A DNA stretch of 32,000 nt from Cupriavidus necator (GCF_016127575.1 NZ_CP066019.1:2760001-2792000); one strand, 5' to 3'; shown: positions 18,430-27,427, counted from the first letter of the stretch. Made by a program: numbers and translations. The notes: generated by a model not told the origin, from the sequence alone.

Positions 18430-19488
18430 TCAGGCCGCCGCGCGCAGCGGCAGGTTCTTCTGCCCCGCCTTGCGGTTGGGCGCCATGCCATTGGCTTCCA
18501 GCGTGGCGTCGGCGCTGTCGTACCAGGTGCCGATGCGGTAGATCTCGCGGGCTTCCTTGCCCGATGCGATCTCGCGGCCCAGTTCATGCGCCACGCGCAC
18601 GCACTGCTCGATCTGCTGCACCGAGGTCATGCGGTTGCCGTGCTGGTCGATGATGGTGTCTTCGATGCCGCAGCGCGGGTGCAGGCCCATCGCCATCGCC
18701 ATCATGTTGAACGGCAGCACGTTCTTCAGCAGCGACTCGGCGGTCAGCGTGCAGCCGTCCGGCGCGCGGTGCACGAAGTTGAAGAAGTTGAACGGGTTGG
18801 GGCCGTCGAAGCCGCCGCCGATGCCGATCCAGGTCAGGTTCAGCGGGCCGGTGTAGACGCCGGCGCGCACCAGCCGCTCCAGCGTTTCCAGCGCGTGCAT
18901 GCCGGTCAGCTGGAAATGCGGCTGGATGCCCGAGGCCTGCAGCCGGCGCAGGTGCTCTTCCACCCAGCCCGGGCCGGCCGGCACGGTCATTTCGCGATAG
19001 GCGGCCTGGTAGGCCGGGTGTTCCAGCGAGGTGCCCTTCAGGTATTCCGGATAGAGCAACTCCATGATGTTCATCTGCGTGGTGTTGATCGCCACGGTCA
19101 CCTGGTCGGGCTTGGGCTCCAGCTCCGCCAGCATGTGGCGGGTGTCGTCGGACAGCCACTTGGCCGCCTGGCCGTCGTCTTCCGGCGCAAACGAGATCGA
19201 GCCGCCCACCTGGATGATCATGTCCGGCACCGCGGCGCGCACGCCGGCGATCAGCTCGTTGAACTTGGACAAGCGCTTGGAGCCCTTGCCGTCCAGTTCG
19301 CGCACGTGCAGGTGCAGCACCGTGGCGCCGGCGTTGTAGCAGTCCACGGCTTTCTGGACCTGCTCTTCCATGGTGACGGGGATGTCTTCGGGAAAGTCCT
19401 GCGGCATCCATTCCGGGCCATAGGGCGCAACGGTGATCACCACCTTGTCCATGTTTTCGGGGTGCAGGGAATCGTCAAGGAATTGCAT
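18430..19488 (-). CDS. BKACE family enzyme (3-keto-5-aminohexanoate cleavage enzyme-like, DUF849; 352 aa)
   Basis: ORF 18430..19488(-). VVITVAPYGPEW...GATVLHLHVRE...IIQVGGSISFAPE...GIEDT matches the beta-keto acid cleavage enzyme TIM-barrel family, including the HxH metal site. GGAG lies upstream of the ATG. Confidence 0.9.
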   Translation of the reverse strand: MQFLDDSLHPENMDKVVITVAPYGPEWMPQDFPEDIPVTMEEQVQKAVDCYNAGATVLHLHVRELDGKGSKRLSKFNELIAGVRAAVPDMIIQVGGSISFAPEDDGQAAKWLSDDTRHMLAELEPKPDQVTVAINTTQMNIMELLYPEYLKGTSLEHPAYQAAYREMTVPAGPGWVEEHLRRLQASGIQPHFQLTGMHALETLERLVRAGVYTGPLNLTWIGIGGGFDGPNPFNFFNFVHRAPDGCTLTAESLLKNVLPFNMMAMAMGLHPRCGIEDTIIDQHGNRMTSVQQIEQCVRVAHELGREIASGKEAREIYRIGTWYDSADATLEANGMAPNRKAGQKNLPLRAAA

Positions 19489-19540
19489 GGATGGCTCCGG
19501 TTGGTTAGTGGTTGGAGTATCGGTGAACGACCGGCCGCGA

Positions 19541-19578
19541 TTTGACGATTGGGGACATCCGATTTACATTTCGGGACA
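19541..19578 (-). promoter_or_regulatory. Tandem 21-bp-phased half-sites TGTCCC-N8-AA-N5-TGTCCC-N8-AA (read on the minus strand), a candidate AraC operator of the BKACE operon overlapping the araC promoter region
   Basis: Minus-strand reading: TGTCCCGAAATGTAAATCGGATGTCCCCAATCGTCAAA. GGGACA occurs at 19552..19557 and 19573..19578. A -10-like GATACT (plus-strand agtatc, 19516..19521) lies 19 nt downstream of the proximal half-site and 28 nt upstream of the BKACE ATG. A near-identical site occurs at 24461..24498. Confidence 0.6.
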
Positions 19579-19604
19579 CTCAGGGAAAGCACGGAATCCG
19601 CCCA

Positions 19605-20606
19605 ATGTCCTACTATCTGCGCAGCGCCAGCCTGACCAATTACGTGGAAGTCGCGCGTTCGCTGGGGCTCGATCCGTACCAGCAACTGAGGGCGGCAAAG
19701 ATCAACCGCTCGGTCCTGCTCGATCCCGATATCCGCATCCCCGCGGCCTCGGTCGGCCGCTTGCTGGATGCGTCGGCACACGCCACCGGGGCCGACGATT
19801 TCGGCCTGCGCATGGCCGAGCTGCGCGAGTTCTCCAACCTCGGCCCGCTCGCCTTCGTGGTGCGTGAAGAGCCCACGCTGCGCCGCGCGCTGGAGTCGAT
19901 GGTCCGCTACATGGGCCTGCAGAATGAATCGCTGTCGATGCGTATCGAAGACAGCGATGAACTGGTGATGATCCGGCTGCAGGTGCTCACCGAAGCGCCG
20001 GGCACCTTGCGGCAGGCCGCCGACCTCGCGGTCGGCGTGGTGTTCCGGATGCTGAGGCTGTTCCTGGGGCAGTCCTGGCGGCCGCGCAGCATCTGCTTCA
20101 CCCACCCCGCGCCGGCCAACGCGGCCACGTTTTCACGCGTGTTCGGCATGCCCTGCACCTTCAACCAGGATTTCGACGGCATCGTCTGCCTGGCCTCGGA
20201 CCTGGAGGCGCCGTTGCCGTCGTATGACCCGGTGATGGCGCAGCAGGTGAAGCACTATCTCGGCACGCTGCTGGCGCAGTCGACCGCGGCGACCATGTCG
20301 GACATGGTGCGCAAGCTGGTCTATGCGCTGCTGCCCACCGGACTGTGCTCGGTCGAACGCGTGGCCCAGCACCTGAGCGTCGACCGGCGCACCGTGCATC
20401 GGCGGCTCGGGCAGGAACATACGACCTACTCCGACATCCTTGCCGAGGCCCGTGCCGACCTGGTAATCCGCTACCTGGAGAACCGCGAGCGTCCGCTGTC
20501 GGAAGTGGCCGCGCTGCTGGGGTTTTCGTCGCTGAGCGCGTTCTCGCGGTGGTTCAGCGGGCGTTTTGGGCGCAGCGTGTCGGCATGGCGGGCGCAGGCG
20601 GGGTAA
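19605..20606 (+). CDS. AraC family transcriptional regulator with AraC-type ligand-binding N-domain (333 aa)
   Basis: Trimmed from ORF 19542..20606(+), whose track start is a TTG lying inside the operator repeats. The ATG at 19605 gives MSYYLRSASLTNYVEVARSLGLDPYQQL. C-terminal HTH: LSEVAALLGFSSLSAFSRWFSGRFGRSVSAWR. Paralog of 11661..12659. Confidence 0.85.
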   Translation: MSYYLRSASLTNYVEVARSLGLDPYQQLRAAKINRSVLLDPDIRIPAASVGRLLDASAHATGADDFGLRMAELREFSNLGPLAFVVREEPTLRRALESMVRYMGLQNESLSMRIEDSDELVMIRLQVLTEAPGTLRQAADLAVGVVFRMLRLFLGQSWRPRSICFTHPAPANAATFSRVFGMPCTFNQDFDGIVCLASDLEAPLPSYDPVMAQQVKHYLGTLLAQSTAATMSDMVRKLVYALLPTGLCSVERVAQHLSVDRRTVHRRLGQEHTTYSDILAEARADLVIRYLENRERPLSEVAALLGFSSLSAFSRWFSGRFGRSVSAWRAQAG

Positions 20607-20657
20607 TAGAGGAAAGGTTCTTTGCGAATTTGAGGGTGGTGGCTGTTGGCGGGTGTG

Positions 20658-20763
20658 GTTGATTGGGCTGTCGCTACGCGGTCGGTTGTCGTTCTTGACT
20701 AGCGTGGCTGTTTCGCCGGCGTAGCCGGCGACCTACTTCTTGTCCAAGCGACAAGAAGTAGGC
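20658..20763 (+). repeat. Left arm of a ~105-bp imperfect inverted repeat (REP/MITE-like structured element)
   Basis: The reverse complement of 21061..21164 aligns along its whole length: the first 20 nt of the core, GCGGTCGGTTGTCGTTCTTG, are identical, with scattered mismatches and small indels beyond that. The arm contains two local hairpins: CGCCGGC-GTA-GCCGGCG (20714..20730) and CTACTTCTTGTC-CAAGC-GACAAGAAGTAG (20733..20761). Confidence 0.8.
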
Positions 20764-21060
20764 AAGAAGCGCGTCGCCTATGCGGCTGGCAATCAATTAC
20801 GCGGCGTCGGTCATATGGGCGGCGGTGCTTGCCGTTTGGATGTGATCGCGGTTCGACCCTGCTACGCCATGTGAGTCAGGGACAGTGCCTGCGATAACCG
20901 GCTTTTGAACGATCCCCAAGTCGGGCGGTGGCCCGCGCTCTCGAGCGATATCGCATCAACGCCTTCGGCTGCGCTCCGCGCAAGCGCCCAATGACCGTCA
21001 ACGCATTTTGAGCCTGCGCAGCAGCCGTAGGCGTCCCCGCGATGCGGCTGGCAGCAGGCG

Positions 21061-21164
21061 GCCTACGCTTTTTGTCGCTCGGACAAAAAGTGACTCGCCG
21101 GCTAAGCCGGCGAAACAGCCACGTATGCCAAGAACGACAACCGACCGCATGGCAACAATCCAAC
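21061..21164 (-). repeat. Right arm of the inverted repeat (REP/MITE-like structured element)
   Basis: Inverted copy of 20658..20763. Local hairpins are CTTTTTGTC-GCTCG-GACAAAAAG (21068..21090) and CGCCGGC-TAA-GCCGGCG (21096..21112). It ends 10 bp from the porin stop codon. Confidence 0.8.
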
Positions 21165-21174
21165 TGCAGCCAAC

Positions 21175-22338
21175 TCAAAACTTGTGCCGCATCCCCAAAG
21201 CCACGCCAACCATGCTGCGCTGCCCGTTGGCCGCCGCATAGCTGTTGCCCAACGACAGGCTGTTGGCATAGACCGTGGCCAGCGACTCCAGCATCAGCCC
21301 GGCATTGCGAGCATAGGCCGTAGACAGGTACACATCCGTGCGCCGCGAGAACGCATAGTTGGCAACAAAAGCAAGCTGCCACGGATTGGCGACCTGCGTA
21401 TTGCCGAACAGGCTCCTGACATTGTCATAGTTGTACTCCAGCGTCAGCCCCACGGCGGGGGTGACCTGGTAGTTGGCGCCGATCCAGTAATAGTCATCGC
21501 GCTGGATCACCACGTCAGCGGCATTCTTGTTCTGACCCCAGCGATAGCCCCCCATGATCTTGGCCGGACCGAAGGCATAGCTCGCCGCCACGACCGCCTT
21601 GCGCACGGTGCCATTGCTGGTGCCGATGGTGGGGTTCCACTGGTCATAGCCAATAGTGGCGCCGAACGGCCCGGTGCCATATGCCAGCGAGGCCCCGTAG
21701 GCGGTGTCACGCCGGAACTGTCCGGGCACTTCGCCATTGCCGCCGATCGGCGTGGCAATGCCAACCGTTTGCGGCAGCGCCAGCCCGGCGCCGAACGACC
21801 AGTGCGCGCGCGCCGTCAGCGGGCCGAACTGGCCGGTGTACTTGACCGTGTTGTCCTCGCGGAAATTGGCGCCCGCCTGCAGCACCACCGGTTCATATTG
21901 CGTGGCGTAGGCAGTAGGCGAGAAGTTCGCCAGCGCTTCAAAGATCGACGTGTACTGGCGGCCCAGGCTGAGCTGGCCGATGCCGGCGCGCTGCAGCGCG
22001 ACAAAGGCCTGGCGGCCGAACAGGCGGCCGCTCTGCTGCATGGTGCCGCTGTCCAGGCTGAAGCCGCTTTCCAGCACGAACGACGCCTGCCATCCCGCAC
22101 CAAGATCTTCCGCGCCGCGCAGGCCCCAGCGCGACCCGGACAGCCCGCCCGAGGCCATGCGGAACACCTTGTCGCCTGGCCCCGGGTTGAAGCCGTTGGT
22201 GGCAACCGGCACAGCGCCGACGCGGTTCACGTACTCGACATTGACGTCCGCCACGCCATACAGCGTGACCGACGATTGCGCGGCGGCCGCCAGCGGACAG
22301 CCCAGCATCAGGGCCATGACGGTGCTTCTGGTTTTCAT
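21175..22338 (-). CDS. Outer-membrane general porin (Gram-negative porin, Burkholderiales OmpC/Omp38-like; 387 aa)
   Basis: Trimmed from ORF 21175..22593(-) to MKTRSTVMALMLGCPLAAAAQSSVTLYGVADVNVEY...SGSRWGLRGAEDLG...C-terminal GMRHKF. It has a signal peptide, alternating beta-strand pattern and terminal Phe. AGGAGG lies upstream of the ATG at 22338. Confidence 0.9.
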   Translation of the reverse strand: MKTRSTVMALMLGCPLAAAAQSSVTLYGVADVNVEYVNRVGAVPVATNGFNPGPGDKVFRMASGGLSGSRWGLRGAEDLGAGWQASFVLESGFSLDSGTMQQSGRLFGRQAFVALQRAGIGQLSLGRQYTSIFEALANFSPTAYATQYEPVVLQAGANFREDNTVKYTGQFGPLTARAHWSFGAGLALPQTVGIATPIGGNGEVPGQFRRDTAYGASLAYGTGPFGATIGYDQWNPTIGTSNGTVRKAVVAASYAFGPAKIMGGYRWGQNKNAADVVIQRDDYYWIGANYQVTPAVGLTLEYNYDNVRSLFGNTQVANPWQLAFVANYAFSRRTDVYLSTAYARNAGLMLESLATVYANSLSLGNSYAAANGQRSMVGVALGMRHKF

Positions 22339-22405
22339 TTTTCTCCTCCTTGATTGCCCGGCCTTTGCGGCCGGATTCTTTTGTTGTGCCGCGGATGCGG
22401 CGAGG

Positions 22406-22996
22406 TCACGAATCGCGCGTGACCAGGGTGCCCAGTTCCGCCAGCAAGTCATGGGCACGCGGCCACGGGCCGTAGCCCGCGGCAGGGTTGAGGTGGCCGA
22501 CGTTGCCCAGGTCCACCAGCCGGCCGCCCCATGCGGCGGCCATCTCCGCGACGCGCGCATGGCTGGCCAAAGGGTCGTTGCCGCTGGCAGCAACCAAAGT
22601 TGGGAACGGCAGGGGCGCGAGCGGCGTCGGCAGCCAGCCCCCCTGCACCAGCGCGTCCGGCGCCGGATAGCCGGGCGGCAGCGGCTGCGCGAAATCCGGC
22701 GGCGTCACCAGCAGCGCGCCCAGGATCTGGCGCTGGTGCCGTGCCGCCCAGTGCACGGTGATCATCACGCCGGCGCTGTGCGCGACCAGCACGACCGGCT
22801 TGTCGATGTCCGCCAGTTCCGCATCGAGTGCAGCGACGCGAGCCGCGCAGCTGAGCTTGTCGTGCTCCAGCGGCGGCACGCAGCGGACGTCGTGCCCCTG
22901 CGCCTGCAGTTCGGCTTGCAGCAGCGTTTGCCAGTGCTCGGCGACGTGGTCGCGCAGGCCCGGCACCATCAGGACAGTGTGGGTGGTAGCAGTCAT
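22406..22996 (-). CDS. Alpha/beta hydrolase, RBBP9/YdeN-type serine hydrolase (196 aa)
   Basis: Trimmed from ORF 22406..24049(-), whose upstream part overlaps the MFS gene out of frame. The ATG at 22996 gives MTATTHTVLMVPGLRDHVAEHWQTLL...VLVAHSAGV...GHLN. Size and motifs fit the YdeN family. It starts 17 bp after the MFS stop. Confidence 0.8.
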   Translation of the reverse strand: MTATTHTVLMVPGLRDHVAEHWQTLLQAELQAQGHDVRCVPPLEHDKLSCAARVAALDAELADIDKPVVLVAHSAGVMITVHWAARHQRQILGALLVTPPDFAQPLPPGYPAPDALVQGGWLPTPLAPLPFPTLVAASGNDPLASHARVAEMAAAWGGRLVDLGNVGHLNPAAGYGPWPRAHDLLAELGTLVTRDS

Positions 22997-23013
22997 GGTC
23001 GGATTGGAAAGAG

Positions 23014-24354
23014 TCAGGCAGGAATAACGTGAGGCACAGCGTGGCCATCCAGGCGGCGCAGGTCCGCCGCGTAATGCCGGCGACCGAGGCAGAACAGCAG
23101 GGCCGCGGCCGCACCGGCCAGCGGAATCCATTGCAGCGCGCCGGTCAGGCCGATGTGGTCGGCCAGCACGCCGGTCAGGAACGGGCCTGGTGCCAGCCCC
23201 AGCAGGTTGTTGATCAGGGTCAGCGTGGCAAACGCGGTCGCATGGATGGCAGGCCGCGTCAGGTTGGCCACCATCGCACTGGCGGGGCCGGCGGTGCCGC
23301 CCACCACCAGCATGCCCGCGCCGATCAGCACCAGCTGCGCGTGGCCCGCGGGCAGCCGGAACGCCGTCATCAGCAAGACGCAGCAAATCACGCTGTAGGC
23401 GATGGCCATCTGCCATTTGCGCGCGGGCACGCGCCGCGCCACGCGGTCGGTCAGCGCACCGCAGGCCACCATGCCTACGCCGGCCATCAGCACCAGCATT
23501 GCCGCGGCCACGCCGGCGCGCCCGGTCGCCATGCCGTAGTCGCGCGACAGGAAGCTGGGCAGCCAGCCCAGCAGCGCCGCCATCACCAGCAGCTGCAGCG
23601 CACTTCCCGCGCAGGCGCAGAGCATGGAAGGCACCGTCAGCAGCTCGCGTACGATCCGGCGCGGCTCCAGTTGCCGGGCCGAGGCCGCGGCGTCGCCGTT
23701 GGCCGCGCCCACGCGTTGCTGGAGCCCGCGCAGCCGATGCTCGCTGATCGTCAGGTAGTAGAGCGCCACCATCACCAGGCCGAAGCCGGCGATCCCGGCA
23801 AAGGCGATGCGCCAGCCAAAATGGGCCGACAGAACGCCGCCCAGCCCCATGCCAAGCACCGAGCCGAACGCGCCGCCGGCAATGAATGCCGCGCTGAGGC
23901 TGGCGCGCAGATGGCGCGGGAACACCGACACCACCACCGCGATACCCACGCTGCCATAGGCCGCCTCGCCGATGCCGACGCAAAGCCGCGCCAGGAACAT
24001 CTGGCCGAAGCTGTCCGCCACCGCGCAGCCCAGCGTGGCCAGGCTCCACAGCGCCGCCATCAGGATCAGGCTGCGCACGCGTCCCCAGCGGTCGGCCAGC
24101 AGCGACAGCGGAATCGCGAGCACGCCCACCATCAGCGCCACCACGCCGCCGAGCGCGCCCAGCTCTGTATCACCGAGCTGCCATTCGGCCTTCAGCAGCG
24201 GAAACACCGCGTTGAGCACCTGGCGCGACATATAGTCCGACAGCAGCAGCGCGAACGTCAGCGCAAAGACGAGCCACGCATAGCGCGCTCCGGCAACAGC
24301 CGGCAGGGCCGGCGTGGCCGGCTCTGCGGCAAGGGCAAGGCGAGGTCTGGACAT
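23014..24354 (-). CDS. MFS transporter (446 aa)
   Basis: ORF 23014..24354(-). Twelve-TM-like hydrophobic profile. MFS motif A-like LADRWGRVRSL between TM2 and TM3. GGAG lies 6 nt upstream of the ATG. Confidence 0.9.
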   Translation of the reverse strand: MSRPRLALAAEPATPALPAVAGARYAWLVFALTFALLLSDYMSRQVLNAVFPLLKAEWQLGDTELGALGGVVALMVGVLAIPLSLLADRWGRVRSLILMAALWSLATLGCAVADSFGQMFLARLCVGIGEAAYGSVGIAVVVSVFPRHLRASLSAAFIAGGAFGSVLGMGLGGVLSAHFGWRIAFAGIAGFGLVMVALYYLTISEHRLRGLQQRVGAANGDAAASARQLEPRRIVRELLTVPSMLCACAGSALQLLVMAALLGWLPSFLSRDYGMATGRAGVAAAMLVLMAGVGMVACGALTDRVARRVPARKWQMAIAYSVICCVLLMTAFRLPAGHAQLVLIGAGMLVVGGTAGPASAMVANLTRPAIHATAFATLTLINNLLGLAPGPFLTGVLADHIGLTGALQWIPLAGAAAALLFCLGRRHYAADLRRLDGHAVPHVIPA

Positions 24355-24460
24355 GGGCGTCTCCGGAAGCAGACCGGCGGTCTTCGCGCCGCCGTGCGTT
24401 CACAGCCCGCCCCCGAAGGGCGACGAGCGCAAGCAGTATCTGGCGATCGGGACCGCGCGG

Positions 24461-24498
24461 TTTGATATTCCGGGACGTACGTTTGACATTCCGGGACA
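24461..24498 (-). promoter_or_regulatory. Second copy of the tandem TGTCCC-N8-AA-N5 operator, a candidate AraC site upstream of the MFS-hydrolase operon
   Basis: Minus-strand reading: TGTCCCGGAATGTCAAACGTACGTCCCGGAATATCAAA. GGGAC occurs at 24472..24476 and 24493..24497, 21 bp apart. A -10-like GATACT (plus-strand agtatc, 24435..24440) lies 20 nt downstream of the proximal half-site. Confidence 0.6.
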
Positions 24499-24519
24499 GC
24501 TGGGGAAAACGCCGAGACG

Positions 24520-24550
24520 AAAAAAAACCGGCACCCGAAGGTGCCGGTTT
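24520..24550 (-). terminator. Rho-independent terminator of argG
   Basis: On the minus strand: CCGGCACC-TTCG-GGTGCCGG followed by TTTTTTTT (plus-strand A-run 20..27 of 245xx). It lies 37 bp downstream of the argG stop. Confidence 0.85.
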
Positions 24551-24586
24551 CTGGCTGGCCCGCCGTCAGGCGAGGCGCGGCGACGC

Positions 24587-26005
<1,419 letters not shown>

Positions 26006-26214
26006 TCACGCGCCGCGTCAGTGCCAAACGCGAATTGTGACACGGCAGCGCCCACGCGCCAAACGCGGGGACTGGCGGGGGCGCCGGCGCCACCTGCATC
26101 CGGGCCCGCCGGACCATTCAAATCCCGCGAACGCGCCTTTCAAAACTCTCGACTGGTTCGCGCCAGGACCCCTCCCTATACTCCGCCGCACTGTTGTCTG
26201 AAAGCGGAGTCGTC

Positions 26215-27378
26215 ATGCTGCATCGTGCCCTGGAAGGAGTCCGGGTCCTGGACCTGTCGCGCATCCTGGCCGGTCCCTGGTGTACCCAGAACCTGGCCGA
26301 CCTGGGCGCCGAGGTAACCAAGGTCGAGCACCCGGAGCGCGGCGACGATACCCGCGGCTGGGGCCCGCCCTACCTGGAAGCGCCCGAGGGCAGCGGCGAC
26401 ACCCGGCGCCTGTCCGGCTACTTCATCTGCTGCAACCGCGGCAAGCGCTCGGTCGCGATCGACTACGGCACGCCCGAGGGCGCGGCGCAGGTACGTGAGC
26501 TGGCGCGCGAGGCCGACGTGCTGGTCGAGAACTACAAGGTCGGCACGCTGCGCCGCTACGGGCTGGACTACGACACGCTCAAGGCGCTCAACCCGCGCCT
26601 GGTCTACCTGTCGATCACCGGCTTCGGCCAGAGCGGGCCGATGGCGGACAAACCCGGCTACGACTATGTATTCCAGGGCATGGGCGGGCTGATGAGCTAC
26701 ACCGGCCAGCCCGACGGCACGCCCGGCGCCGGGCCGCTGCGCACCGGCGTCGCCGTGGTCGACCTGAGCACCGGCATGTATGCCACCTCCGCAGTCCTGG
26801 CCGCGCTGTACCAGCGCCAGGCGACCGGGCTCGGTGCGCACCTGGATATCGCGCTGCTCGATGTCGCGGTGGCGATGAACGCCAACCAGGCTGCCAACTA
26901 CCTGGTGTCGGGCCAGAACCCGCAGCGCAGCGGCAACGCTCATCCCAACTGCGCGCCCTATGAGGTGTTCCGCTGCGCCGACGGCCACCTGATCCTGGCG
27001 ATCGGCAATGACAGCCAGTTTGCGCGCTTCTGCGCCGTTGCCGGCATGCCGGATCTTGCGCAGGACCCGCGCTATGCCACCAATTCCGCGCGCATCGAAC
27101 ACCTGCCCGCGCTGCGCGCCCTGCTGACCGATCTCTTCCCCACGCGCACCCGCGCTGCGTGGACCGATGCCTTCGATGCGGCCGGCGTGCCCTGGGGGCC
27201 GATCCACACCATGGCCGAAGTCTTCGCCCACCCGCAGGTCCAGCACCGCGGGCTGATGCAGATGGCCGAACACCCCGTCATGGGCCGCGTACCCATGGTG
27301 CGCAACCCGATGCTGGCCGGGCACGACCTGCCGCTGCCACCGCCGCCGCTGCTGGGCGAACACAGCCCGGCGGGCTGA
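26215..27378 (+). CDS. CaiB/BaiF family (class III) CoA-transferase (387 aa)
   Basis: Trimmed from ORF 26194..27378(+), whose track start is a TTG. The ATG at 26215 has GGAG 5 nt upstream. MLHRALEGVRVLDLSRILAGPWCTQNLADLGAEVTKVEHPERGDDTRGWGPP is the family's N-terminal signature. Confidence 0.9.
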   Translation: MLHRALEGVRVLDLSRILAGPWCTQNLADLGAEVTKVEHPERGDDTRGWGPPYLEAPEGSGDTRRLSGYFICCNRGKRSVAIDYGTPEGAAQVRELAREADVLVENYKVGTLRRYGLDYDTLKALNPRLVYLSITGFGQSGPMADKPGYDYVFQGMGGLMSYTGQPDGTPGAGPLRTGVAVVDLSTGMYATSAVLAALYQRQATGLGAHLDIALLDVAVAMNANQAANYLVSGQNPQRSGNAHPNCAPYEVFRCADGHLILAIGNDSQFARFCAVAGMPDLAQDPRYATNSARIEHLPALRALLTDLFPTRTRAAWTDAFDAAGVPWGPIHTMAEVFAHPQVQHRGLMQMAEHPVMGRVPMVRNPMLAGHDLPLPPPPLLGEHSPAG

Positions 27379-27427
27379 ACGGCGCGCAGCTACCCACGAG
27401 ACCAAAAACACCGACACGGAGACACCG

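Noticed and set aside
19541-19578. Whether the 21-bp-phased direct repeats at 19541..19578, 24461..24498 and 12742..12771 could be a degenerate CRISPR or another repeat array.
   Set aside because: There are only two units per locus, with no spacer-like unique segments of CRISPR size and no cas genes. Their position 19-20 nt upstream of -10-like hexamers next to AraC genes fits transcription-factor half-sites instead.
20795-20870. tRNA-like T-loop motif (GCGGTTCGACCCTGCTACGCCA, around 20848..20869) inside the inverted-repeat element. It raised the possibility of a tRNA gene or an integrase att remnant.
   Set aside because: I could not fold the preceding ~70 nt into a cloverleaf. There is no complementary acceptor 5' strand (best 5/7), no D-arm with a GG loop and no plausible anticodon stem. 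No integrase gene is nearby. It is most likely a chance GGTTCGA occurrence.
20876-21382. Small ORFs inside or overlapping the repeat element: 20876..21382(-) 168 aa, 21008..21241(+) 77 aa and 21042..21323(+) 93 aa.
   Set aside because: They run through palindromic repeat arms and into the porin 3' end. They lack RBSs and translate to Arg/Ala-rich junk. They are typical artefactual ORFs generated by REP-like repeats.
22349-22378. Hairpin CCGGCC-TTTGC-GGCCGG followed by a T-rich stretch on the plus strand, between the hydrolase stop and the porin start.
   Set aside because: The U-tract is on the wrong strand for the minus-strand hydrolase gene, and no plus-strand gene ends here. The stem is only 6 bp. 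At best it is a weak attenuator, so it is not reported as a terminator.
26150-26181. Possible sigma70 promoter for the CaiB-family CoA-transferase gene (26215..27378), with TATACT at 26176..26181.
   Set aside because: I found no acceptable -35 at 16-18 bp spacing (TCGACT is 22 nt away). A single hexamer is insufficient evidence.
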